Under the pieces are notes generated by a model that was not told where the DNA came from, searched no databases, and saw only the letters and a program-made list of their open reading frames with translations. DNA of 64,000 bases from Anthoceros angustus (taxonomy: Eukaryota > Plantae > Anthocerotophyta). The stretch spans positions 124,001 through 188,000 of the forward strand of contig VJWM01000179.1 of the NCBI GenBank assembly GCA_010909165.1, written 5' to 3'. Below are positions 24,451 to 36,830 of the stretch, in pieces. Both the position numbers and the translations under genes were made by a program. Position 1 is the stretch's first letter. Every line of letters starts with the position of its first letter.

Positions 24451-27400
24451 CTCATCGCCCCGCACTCGCGCCATCAATCGACCATCGCAGGCGACCCAAC
24501 CCCTGGTTCTCTGCGTCCCCATGATCACTGCGGTGTTTGGCGTACTCGGGCCTATCCTCCCACGCCCCTCGTGTTGCGTGGTCTCCGTGGGATTCACTAC
24601 TTGGAGCCGTCGGGTTGACCGAGCACGCCACTTGTTCCATCTGACAATCGTGGTTTCCCTCATCTCCGGTATGTATATATAATTCCGCTTTCACGCCGCG
24701 GCAATTTGTTTCATGAAATGAGCGTCATGTGCCTTATTCACTTTGACGCTTTGGGTTGCCGGATGCCCCATGCCTAAGGACATTCATGCCCCTTGCTTCT
24801 TTCCACAAATCCACGATACAATGTTTCACAAATACCGACCCCACCATTATTCCTCGCCTTTCCACCCCACAACTCTCGGTGATAGGCCACGCTGGTGTGT
24901 GCGTTGAAAGAAACACGAGACTCTTTGAAGCAGCCCTACACTAATTTGGGCTCCCATATCTTGCGATGCTCGAGGATGGCGTGAGCACCGCAAAACCTCC
25001 TCTTGACAAGAAGCTCACGCCTTGTCCATTACAAGACATACGCGATCTGGTTGTCAAGGAGAAAGCAACCGACATTGCGCAGGCGGCACCCCTCGTCGAC
25101 TCCGCGGCAATTGTCATTCGGCCCCGATCGCGCATGCCATCGCCAACATGCCCATGTAGTCCGCCGGTCCACACATCTAGCGGGAAATGCGGCCGGTCCA
25201 TACAGTGCACAGTGTCACATCCCCACTCCACCCGGTGACCACCCGCCCTTTGCGGTCTGCGCATGCTCCTTTTGTAGGATGCATGGCGCGCAGCCCAGCA
25301 GCATCGTGTCCACCCGTCGCATGGTACACGTGGGTCGCGATCGAACCCACCCACGTACACAGTGACCATCGTCACCAAGCACGCGACTTCATTGCATCCG
25401 CCTCACCCCACCACCATTGCTCTTACGACGCGGCCAACTCCATCGCCTTCGCATCCCCTTCTCCTTCCGTGTTGGACCGCCCCAACCCACCAATCCGCCG
25501 TGGCGAGGCTCCTTGTTCTTCGCAGCCTCCGCATTCAAATGTGTCCATGTGCTGAAATAGATACCCTCGGTGCATGTCGCAACCCCCGTCCACAACTGCA
25601 TTGCCCACCTCTCATCGGAGCATCCTCCACTTGCATGGTTCCATCCGCACGCACCAAAACCACGAGTCCAAGCCCGCAGCCCTTGTCTCCAACCGTCAAG
25701 ACATGCGCCACCATGTCCCGGTCCATCCGCTATGCGACGTGCGAATGTCGTCCAAGCGCGTTGCGAACCGGGCATGGGCGGCGGATGATGTCGACGTCCT
25801 CTACCCCGGTCGTCACGCTGCGGGCCGCCGCCGCCGCCATCGTCGGCCCCGCTCGTGTCCCTCGTTCGTTCGCCCAGCGGATCGCGCTTTGCTGTGTGGC
25901 CCCATCCCAAAAACAACCGCGCATCGCCCCGCCGCCTTCTTCGTTCCATGCTCAATGACCCCATCCCTCCTTTCCTTAGCCTTTGCGCGACCCCAACCCC
26001 AACCCTATTCACGCTCTCACGGTCTTGCGCCCTGCCGGACCGATTGAAGTTCCCAATGTCCCTTCACCACGAGGTTCGTCGACTTGGTTGTCGCCCTCCG
26101 TCGTCGGAAGCAGTGGTCTTGCTCTGCCGATGACGGCCATGGCTCCACGATTTCCACAACTCGGTTGTCGGAGAATGGAGTGTCCCTCAGCGGCGCATGG
26201 ACTCTTCCCTTCCGCTGAAATTGAATAAGGCGGGCATCGCGATTTTCGGAGGCACCGCAGGGCGCGATGTCATTGCTCCTCCCCCCACACTTTTAAGATT
26301 CCCGCAGCGCCACGTTGTCCTTCTCACCGCGGCGGGTGCATTAATTCGCCTCCTTTTGTGTGCACAAGCTACTCCGGCCCCACATACTCACAAGCGAACA
26401 CAATGAACACGCAACTTGCGGCTCATCAATAATTACCAATGGGATGGCATTTGAAACATGTAGTCCACAATCCCAAGAACATCACACATCACACAACGAC
26501 TTGGCCACCTCTCTGGCTCGGCAATCTCGCTAGGCCATGCCATAAACCGTGTTGTGAGAAATGGCGGTCGGCACCCTCGCACATAGTGTCCTCGAGTCAT
26601 ACAATGGAAGGAGCAATGTCCTGCGTCATGGTGGGGGCTGTCCTCCGTCATCAATGGTACTTCAAACACCACAATTGGCGCTCACCAAAGAACACGCGGT
26701 CCGTAATGAAGGTGTATGACGCTCTCGCAAAGACAACCCTCGCCTTGTCGCGGCGAACATGGTCTTGACTCGGTGCATGCCTCAAAGGTCCCTGCTCGAA
26801 GTTATCTGTACATCCTTGAGCACGGAGAAAAGAAAGACCACCTCAAAGATAACGTGTTCACAATGGGCATCACCGCCCGGCGTCAAGTGCACCACAAGTC
26901 TGAACCCGTCCCCCACAAGCCCCCCAACATGCAAGCATCTTTTAAACAAGACCTCCTCGGTTAGCCTCTCCTGCACCATGCTCACCTCCATGCCAAGCTG
27001 CGGTCCCGGACGTGCAAAATGTCGAAAAACTCGGATCCCACCGTGATGAGGGCACGCCTCCTTGATGGCATCTGATCCGCACTTGCCCATGAGGCCTTCT
27101 TCAAGATAGACAACACACCCATCACCTCGGGTAGCACGCTTTCATGTCCGCCTTGAAGGCCTTCCTCAAGAACGATGAGCCGCATCTTGCCACACCTTGG
27201 GTCCATCGGGCGCCAAGGGCGTGTGCAATTGTGGTCATGGGGCATGACACTTGCACGGCCGCCCGGCACCATGTACACGAGGTAGCCAAAGAACCGAGCG
27301 TGAGTCGAGGCTGCGTGTTAGAATGAAAGGCTGCGGGCTATGATGAACACTCCACACACACGCGACTCACCACACAATCGCTCATCCGCGAGGTGGACTT

Positions 27401-29924
27401 CCCTTTTGATGTGGTGCGGTGTCCCGAGCCCCGGGGTTGTCCCTCGCCTCAAACACGCAGTTCATGAACATGGGATTACGCGGTGCCGCCATGCCTCGCC
27501 GTCGTGGCGAGTCGGCCCCTCGTCAACCGTCTCGCCTCGGCAAACTACCCCCATGCCGGGTTGCGTCTTGGACATGGGGCAGTGAACAGACTTCCCATCA
27601 CAATGTTGCTTGAAGAGGTCTGAGGCCCGCATTCGCTGCCACCTCTGTCACCCGCAAAGCGTCGGAAAGTGGCCATGGCGTATCTTGGGCACTTCAATTC
27701 TTGAATGGCAATAGGCGCAGGAGGTCCTACCTTGACAATCCGCCTCTTACAGCGATCTTTGCCTCGTGGATGGGCTCCAGTGGTATTTGTGAGGCGAACC
27801 GGGCGATAGCGGAGTTGGCGGCATCGTGGGCCTCTTGCGCCACTTCCGTGCGCCCGACGTCTCCCTCACATACGCTCCCTCCGCGGGCGGGCGCTCTCTT
27901 CCATTCTCGGTGGCCGTGCAGCGCGGCAACTCCTCCTCATCAGCAGTGGCGGAGGTTGGTTGTGGCCCATGTCTCCGGCAAGTCCTCGGGCTCTATGGCC
28001 CCGAGATCGAGGCGGGTCTCGTCTTCCAGCGGCTTCAAGAGCCTCGCCCCAGGCGGGCGATCGGATGAAGCCTTCTCCCGACATCGTAAAGCTCCAACCC
28101 CGGGACGCCGACCACGGTGCCGCAACCCCTCCGTGTCTGTCCGATGTCCTGCCGCCTTCTCCATAATCGAGTGCACTTGGTCAACACGCGTGGTCCGGAT
28201 TCCCCATCCTGCACTCTCTCGCGCCCTCGCGGATGTCGAAAACATCTTGGCCTCACGCTCGCGCATTCCGTTCAGCGCATGGGAGATGGTGGCTTTCTTC
28301 GCAGCCTCCGGGGAGGAGCGGTGCCATGCCGCAGCGCTCGTATGTTTCGGCGCCGATGGCGAGATGGGCTGCGATCGCAGCGTTCCCGGATGCTCCATGA
28401 CGGCCGTCCATCTCGAGAGCGGGCGCCGTCCTTTCATCTGCGAATCGTCAATGACTACGAAGGCCCCACTGCGATTGCCTTTGTGTGCCCGGTCGGCGAT
28501 GACGCCCGCCACTTGGTCGGTCGGATCTCGTCCGACCGGAGATCGAGTCTGTCGGTCCACCACTTGTGTGCACGTCATCTCGTAAATCCGCTTCCCGCCG
28601 CGCTCCTTCCTCCTCTTCCAAGACCCGCTTTTCTCGGTAGTTGCGGACCATGAGCAGCGTCATCGGGATACGGGATCCCGGACATACAAAGCGCACCTTG
28701 CAAAAGCGTTAGCTACGTGATGCTACCGGGCGGGCGGGAAACGAGGCGGGTCATCTGTGAGGCGATCGGAGCTGCGGGCACTTCAGTTGCGCTCGATGAA
28801 GCAACCAGGCCCAAATCTGCGGGAAGGCGGAAGAGGCGCCACCGGTCCACAGTCGGCGGCCACAGTCCGGTTCAAACTCAGAATCATACCTCGCTCCCAC
28901 GGCATGGCGGTGCGTGCAACTCCACCACTGCGATGCATTGCGGCAATCCTCGACAAAGCGCCTCCCCATCGCCTCGGTCCTAAGTGGATGGCCTCGTAAA
29001 TGCGATTGCGGCCGTAGAGAGCTTCTTCATGTGCACACCTGCGCCTTGCGGGGCCGCCCGCCTCTGCCGTCTCCCCGGGAACCATAATCGGGTGATTGCG
29101 CGTTGTGTGAGGATGTTTCCCATTGCCAGATTGCGGTTCCGTGGCCGTGGAGAGGCGTGCACCCCACCCTTGTCCCGGAAGGTACCTCTCGCTGCGAGGC
29201 TGCGTCGCCGATCCGCAATGCACCAAGGGTCCGCACGATGGCCGGTGTATGCACACCCCGGAGGGGCCTTGCGGATTGCCTCGCGCCGTGAATTCTAGCG
29301 GCGTGCGGGAGGCTTGGAAACGCGATGAGGCCGACCTTGGCGGTGGGGATTTGGTGGAAGACATTTGCATCCTCGTCGGAGTTCACCCAATCTCCGAGAA
29401 TGTCCACCATCGTGCCTGACATTGACGGCGGCGCTCGGCCTCTCCTCGCTCGCCATGTTTTCACTTGGATTGGTGCAGTCCACCAAACAAAAATGGGTGT
29501 GCCTTGGTCACGGCCTCCGATTTCCGGTCAAGGGTGGAGATGGCGGGCGGCGTGTCCGCGATGGCGAACCGGCCCGCCCGATCTCGAGGAAGATACGAGC
29601 GCTCTCCCGTCTTCAGTCTTTCGCATGACAAGAGCGGAGGTTCATTATTTCGTGGAGTCGTGCCCCAAACGCCTCAAACCCCGCTTAGGATTAACGCAAA
29701 TGCCCTGCGATGTACGGAAACACGACATTCATTACATCGGCCGAAAAGCATATATAGTGAATTTGTCCCGGCATTTGCCGTGGATGGTAGGGGCGGATGG
29801 TGAGATGAGGTTTTTGTTAACATGGCAGAGGACGGGTTTTTAGTATAAGGCCCAGGATGGATATAATGCATAATGCCCATTTTCAGGCCAAGGAAGATAG
29901 TGGTACATATAGCGAGGACGGCAA

Positions 29925-30091
29925 CCTTGGCCTTTGGGATATTTGAAAGGAGGAAACATCATGCATGGTGTGTCCATGCCAAAGGCCAAGGAAGGCGAGA
30001 GGCATATACTACAAAGGACATGTCATCCTTGGCATTTGGGATTTGTCCAACAAAACATCATGCATGTTGTTTCAACCACCAAAGGCCAAGG
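29925..30091. repeat. Two tandem ~100 bp units, each with a 13 bp inverted repeat
   Basis: CCTTGGCCTTTGG 29925-29937 pairs with CCAAAGGCCAAGG 29979-29991; CCTTGGCATTTGG 30027-30039 pairs with CCAAAGGCCAAGG 30079-30091. Confidence 0.85.
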
Positions 30092-30162
30092 AAGTTAGTG
30101 CTACATATACTGCGTAGGCTTGGTCTTCCCATATGGTGTGTCATAGTTGGATGGATATGAGA

Positions 30163-30830
30163 TGTAAAGGTAAAACATCTTTGGGTTTAGCGAAGGACGT
30201 TGGCGTGTTAGAGCATGTGCACATATGCATGTAATCCGCATATATAGACATAAATATTACATATGTCTTGTTCCTTGGACTTGGCCTATAGTAGGATTGA
30301 TGAGGACATCTTTAGGGTTTAGCGAAGGGACGTTGGCGTGTTAGAGCATGTGCACATATGCAATCCATATATAGACATAAATATTACATATGTCTTGTTC
30401 CTTGGACATTGGCCTATAGTAGGATTAATAGGACATGCTAGCATCCTTGAAAGGTTGGTATATAATATATGGATATATATGTAGGAGAAGTTGAAAACTA
30501 CATCACGGCAGGATGTCTCAAGTTTTCTTCCTCTATATGCAAAGCAAATTTTCCATCGTCGATAAAGTTTCTTGGCATATGTGTGTGTCAATAGTTGGAT
30601 GGCACGGCGGATGTAAAGGTAAAACATCTTTAGGGTTTAGCGAAGGGACGTTGGCGTGTTAGAGCATGTGCACATATGCAATCCATATATAGACATAAAT
30701 ATTACATATGTCTTGTTCCTTGGACATTGGCCTATAGTAGGATTAATAGGACATGCTAGCATCCTTGAAAGGTTGGTATATAATATATGGATATATATGT
30801 AGGAGAAAGTTGAAAACTAAGCATCTTTGC
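30163..30830. repeat. Three copies of an ~130-200 bp AT-rich unit
   Basis: ACATCTTT(A)GGGTTTAGCGAAGG(G)ACGTTGGCGTGTTAGAGCATGTGCACATATGCA... recurs at ~30174, ~30306 and ~30624. Confidence 0.88.
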
Positions 30831-32729
30831 ATTACAGGATGTGCTCAGTTTTCTTCCTCTATCCCTTGGAAAATTTTCCATGCATCGATAAAGTTTCTTG
30901 GCATATGCCTAAGGATCTTTGTGCGTAATGGAAAAGCTTCTTATTTTTGTTTCCCTTTTCTATGTATCGCGAAGGGTTTTCCTTTATATGCATCAATGAA
31001 AAGGGTCCTTGCACTTTGGTACAAGTGATGATAATGTCTTCGCCTTGGAAAAGAGGTATATTATGTTTCTCTATATATGCGGAAAAACACCGACACCGCA
31101 TGATATGTGAGAAGTTGTGCTCTAGTTTTGCCTTCTTCTATCCTTCGTCGATGGCAGTTTCCATGCATCATGAACAAAGTTCCTTGGCATGGGGAATGAA
31201 CTTTGTCCATGATGCATAAAGATATGGTTTTTGCCCTTTTTCCGTGCGAAGCTTGAGGGAAAATGGTCCTTGGCCTTTGGTAGAAGTGAATGGTAATGTC
31301 TTCATATTAGAAGTAAGGTATATTATGTATGTCTATATATGGAAGAATAACACCGTTAACGTGCATGATAGGATAGAAGTTGTGTTGTGGGTTTTTTGTG
31401 TGCGCGCATTTTTTTTTCCATGCGGACAGAGTTCCTTGGCCTATGGCGAACTGTTTCTGTGTGCATTGAAAAGTTCCTTTCCATATGTTACCTTTGTATG
31501 TGGTGCATCTTTCCCGACATGTGGGAAAAGGTCCTTGGCCTTTGCATGTGACAATGAATGTATTCATCTTGAACTAAGGTATATCATGTATGTCTATATA
31601 TGCAAGAATAACAACGTAAACCATGATAGGACATGAAGTTGTTTTGTTTTGGTTTTGTCCTTGTAATCTTCGCATGTGGCAATTCTTTGAATGCATCAAA
31701 AGTTGGTGGCCCATGGGGATTGATTTTTCCCGATCGTCAAATTTTCCTTATGTTTTTCCAGTCGTATGCTTGGCCTATGTGTATGCTTAGCGAATGGAAT
31801 TGTCTCTACATGCATCATCGAAAAGGGTCCTTGCCTATGGTACAAGTCATTGTTCATGACACCGGTCTTTGAAAATAGTATATCACATGGCTATATATGT
31901 AGGAATAACGTGGAAAACAACATGGTGCTTGCGAAGTTGGCATCGTTTTCCCCCTGCATCGTGGGCATAAAACATTGGCCACATGGCGGATGACGTTTTG
32001 CATGATGCATGCCATGCGTTGTATGGTGCATAGGGGCGATCTCGGTTGGAGTCAGGCACAAAGCCGCGAAGGCAGCGGCAAACTCGTCCGTGCGATCCAC
32101 AACGAAGCGGTGAACGTTGGGAAGCCGATCCGAACTTGTGATGGCGGAATGGGCCATCGAAAGCGGCGAGAGCGCGAAGCGAAGAATGGCGGAGGCGATG
32201 AAGCAGCGGACGGCGGGTGCATAGAACGGGTGGTAGCTGCCCGGCCACCGGTGTTGTAAGGCGATTGGTGTAGGTGATATTGCGTGCGATGGACACCTCC
32301 CGATTTCTTGTACCGCGGGGTGTAGGGTGCGAACCGCGGTGGGACGAACAACACAAGTGTGATGGATGGAGAGGAAGGAGCGAGCAGGTGCGCGTGCTCC
32401 TCGGCGATGGCGATGGCGCGGTGGGCAGCACCTTTTCATCGCACCTCCTTGGAATGGAAGCGGAGGAGTTTGCATCGCAGTGGCTAGTGGAAGCGGAGAG
32501 GAGTGCGGAATCGAGGTAAAACATACAGTGCTGCGATCACAACACAGAGCGAGAAAGGGCGGTTGTCGTCCGGTAGCAGTCTTGGTGATCAAGGAGGTGA
32601 AGCTCGGGACAAAGGGAAGCAATCGGGAGGGGCGGTGGTGGCCCAGCGGGATGGTCGGGCGGGGAAGGCGGTCGTGGAGGCGGGGTGCTGGATGGCGGGC
32701 GATGCGTTGGCACTCGGTATGAGAGGTGC

Positions 32730-35700
32730 GACGGATGAGGAAGGGTCTACGAGGAGCTACGTTTTCTTTGTCGCTTTTTCGCTTGCTATCGATCCAGTTA
32801 TGGCGGTGCCATCTTTGCAATTGTGGCATTAGTAATGTGGCGGTGGCGACTGCTTTGTGTTTGCGTGGACCAGACGGTGACCCGGAAAAAGTATGTTTGT
32901 AATTGATGAGAGAACCGAATATTGAGTTTAAAGTGAACATTTTGGCGGTCCAGTTCACCGACTGCGAATGTCGTGGGAAGAGGAAAGGAGTTGGCGTTCG
33001 CCTAAACAAAATGTAGGCCAAAGGTTGTGAAGGGGCCGGGACGTCCGTGTCATGGTTGCCAAAGGAGTTCGCGTTGAGCAGGGGCGGTGGACAAATGGAG
33101 TCCATGACAGGCGGTGTGGCGAACCACGCACGAGAAGCTGCAACTCCCATTCCGTGAAGTGCATGCAAGCTTTGAGGCGAACATGGGGCGGCCAGCTGGC
33201 CGCCCGAGCGTAAGCAGGAGGCCGTGGCCACCGTAAACACCTCCCCGCCACCACAAGTGCGTGCATTTGCAATATTGGGGCGTACAAGGCGGGGAAGGGC
33301 GGGTGGAGGGGAGTGAGCTCAAGCGCGTTTGGGAAGACGGATGGAGGACAAGGCATGGCGGTAGTGGCGAGGGCGGAGGAGGGGCGGCGGCGTGAGGAGG
33401 TGGAGGAGACTCCCCATGGCGCTGGCGATGCGCCGGCGGCGGGGAGGAAGAGCGCCATGGCGGAGGCGATGCCGCCGCCATGGCGGCGGCGCGGCCGCGC
33501 GGCCGGCGAGAGGAGGAGGCGGGAGGGACACAGCGTCCCTCCCCTTGGCGGCGGCAGCATGGAAGGCGTGCGGCAAGGTGGAGGGGCGGTCCCCTCCGCC
33601 CTTGGGGTGGAGGCGAAGGCGGCGGCGCGGCGCGGCGGAGGCGGGTGGAGGGCAAGGCCTCCCCGCACGGCATCGGCGTGGCGGGGGAGGCTGCGCAGCG
33701 GGAGGAGGGGAGGCGGTGGCCTCCCGTGGCGGCAGCATCCCAGGGCGGGAGGCAGCGGGAGGCACCTGCAGCCAGGCGGCGGGAGGCGGAGAGGGCACCT
33801 GCCCTCCCCATGGCGCGTCGCCCGGCAGCGGGGCCGGTGGGAGGAGGAGAGGGGAGGCACCTGCCCTCCCCATGGCGCAGCATCGCCGGGTGGAAGCGGC
33901 AGCAGGTGAGGAGGAGGAGGAGGGAGGGCACCTGCCCTCCCCATGGCGCGCATCGCCGGGGAAGGCGGCGCACCGGAGGAGAGGAGGAGGGCACCTCCCC
34001 ATGGCGCATCTCCGGAGGAGGAAGGCGGCCGGGAGGAGGATCGAGGCACCTTCCCCTCCCGGCATCAGCGTGGCAGGCAGGCGGGCGGCGGGAGGAGGAG
34101 GGAGGCACCTTCCCCTCCCCACAGCGGCAGCATCCCCATCGGCAGGAAGGGCGGCCGGGGCGGAAGGGAGGGTGCCCTTCCCCGCGACAACATCGCCAGT
34201 AGTGCGGGAGGAGAGGCCTCCCCATGGCGCGCCGGAGGGGCGGCGCATCAGCGGGAGCAGGGGAGGCACCTTCCCCTCTCCCATGGCAGCCTCCCGGATT
34301 CGCGGGAGGGAGGTTGCCCTCCCGGCAGGGCGGTGGGAGGCGAGAGGAGGAAGCCAACCCAGGTGGAGGACGCCAGCCGGAGGCGATGGCCGCCGCCCGA
34401 GGCCGAGGAGGTGGAGGATGGCGGATGCTGCGTGGCGCGCCGGCCGAGGTCGAGCTCGGGCATGGCGTGGCGATGCAATGTCCGCCGCCATGCCCGGCCG
34501 AGGTCGGCCATGGTGGCGGGAGGCGATGGCCGCCGACCGAGGCCGACGGATGAGGAAGGGTCTACGAGGAGCTACGCTTTGTCTTGCTATGCCACAGCTT
34601 ATGGCGGTGCCAGGCGTGCAATTGTGGCATTGGTAGTAGGCGGCGCTGCTGGTTTGCGTGGACCGAGACGGTGACCCCAAAAAGTATGTTCATGTAATTG
34701 ATGAGAGAACCGAATATTGAGTTTAAAGTGAACATTTTGGCGCTCAGACACACGACCGCGAATGTCGTGGGAAGAGGAAAGGAGTTGGGGTTACGCCTAC
34801 AAACGAAATGTAGGCCAAAGGTTGATGAAGGCCGGGGACGTCCGTGTCATGGTTGCCAAAGGAGTTCCATGTTGAACAGGCGGTGGACAAATGGAGTCCA
34901 TGACAGTGCGTGGCGTATATGCCACGAGAATCGCAACTCCCATTCCGTGAAGTGCATGCAAGCCGCTTTGAGGGCGAACATGGGCCGCGGCCGCCCAGTG
35001 CGTAAAGTGCGAACGGGAGGCCGTGGCCACCGAACACCTCCAGCCACAAGGGCGCATTTGCAATATTGGGAGCGTAAGGCGGGGAAGGGCGGGTGGAGGG
35101 GAGTGAAGGCTCAAGTCAGTGGGAAGACGGATGGAGGACAAGGCATGGCGGTAGTGGCGGGGAGCGGAGGCGAGGCGACGCGGCGACGGGCGGAGGTGGA
35201 GGAGACTACGCCGGCGAGGCCGGGCGACGGGAGGAAGAGCGCCATGGCGGAGGGGCCGCCGCCATGGCGGCGCGCGCCGGCAGAGGGAGGAGGCGGAGGG
35301 ACAGCCTCCGGCGGCGACTGCATGGAAGGGCGGCAGCAAGGGTGCAGGGATGCCCTCCGCCCTGGGGTGGAGGAGGCGGGGCGGGCGCACCAATGGCGGG
35401 GTGAGGCAGGGCCCTCCCGACATCGGCGGGGAGAACGGCAGGAGGAGGGGAGGGCACTCTGGGCATGGCATCACGGGAGGGGGCGCAGCAGCAGGCAGCA
35501 GGGGAGGGCACCCAGCAGCAGGCGAAGTGGGGAGGGGAGCGGGAGGGGGGGCACCTTGCCTCCCCATGGCGCCGCCAGCGGCAGGAAGGGCGCAAGAGGG
35601 GAGGAGGAGGAGGGCACCTGCCCTCCCCATGGCGCGGCCGCCGGCGTGAAGGGCGCAGCAGGAGGAGGAGGAGGGGAGGGCACCTGCCTCCATGGCGGCG

Positions 35701-36830
35701 CGACGCCAGGAAGGCGGGCACCATGGGAGGAGGAGGGGAGGGCACCTCCCCATGGCGACTCGCCTCGGAGGAAGGGCGGCGCACCGGAGGAGGATGCGGG
35801 AGGGCACCTTCCTCCCCCGACGGCACGGTGGAACCAGGCGAGCGCCGGAGGAGGAGGGGAGGGCACCTTCCTCCACACATCCCCATCGTGGAAGGGCGGG
35901 CAAGGCGGAAGGGCGCGCAAGGCGGAGGAGGGCCCCCCCGACGGGCAGCGGGAGCAAAGCGGCGAGGAGGGGAGGGCAGGCCTCCCGTGGCGGCTGATCA
36001 CCACGGGAGGGGGGGCGGCGCAGCAGGCGCAGGCGGGGGAGGGCACCTGGCAGCTGCCAGAGGCGCAGGCGGGAGGCGGCGGGGGAGGGCACCTTGCCTC
36101 CCCATGGCGCCGCCAGCGGCAGGAAGGGCGCAAGAGGGGAGGAGGAGGAGGGCACCTGCCCTCCCCATGGCGCGGCCGCCGGCGTGAAGGGCGCAGCAGG
36201 AGGAGGAGGAGGGGAGGGCACCTGCCTCCATGGCGGCGCGACGCCAGGAAGGCGGGCACCATGGGAGGAGGAGGGGAGGGCACCTCCCCATGGCGACTCG
36301 CCTCGGAGGAAGGGCGGCGCACCGGAGGAGGATGCGGAGGGCACCTTCCTCCCCCGACGGCACGGTGGAACCAGGCGAGCGCCGGAGGAGGAGGGGAGGG
36401 CACCTTCCTCCACACATCCCCATCGGCAGGAAGGGCGGCCGGGGCGGAAGGGGAGGGTGCCCTTCCCCGCGACAACATCGCCAGTAGTGCGGGAGGAGAG
36501 GCCTCCCCATGGCGCGCCGGAGGGGCGGCGCATCAGCGGGAGCAGGGGAGGCACCTTCCCCTCTCCCATGGCAGCCTCCCGGATTCGCGGGAGGGAGGTT
36601 GCCCTCCCGGCAGGGCGGTGGAGGCGAGAGGAGGAAGCCAACCCAGGTGGAGGACGCCAGCCGGAGGCGATGGCCGCCGCCCGAGGCCGAGGAGGTGGAG
36701 GATGGCGGATGCTGCGTGGCGCGCCGGCCGAGGTCGAGCTCGGGCATGGCGTGGCGATGCAATGTCCGCCGCCATGCCCGGCCGAGGTCGGCCATGGTGG
36801 CGGAGGGCGATGGCCGCCGACCGAGGCCGA
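32730..36830. repeat. Nested internal duplications and a G-rich minisatellite (core GGGCACCTGCCCTCCCCATGGCG)
   Basis: 32730-~33450 resembles 34545-~35270; ~34064-34550 resembles ~36395-36830; ~35540-35900 resembles ~36080-36430. The core motif recurs many times between 33790 and 36520. Confidence 0.85.
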
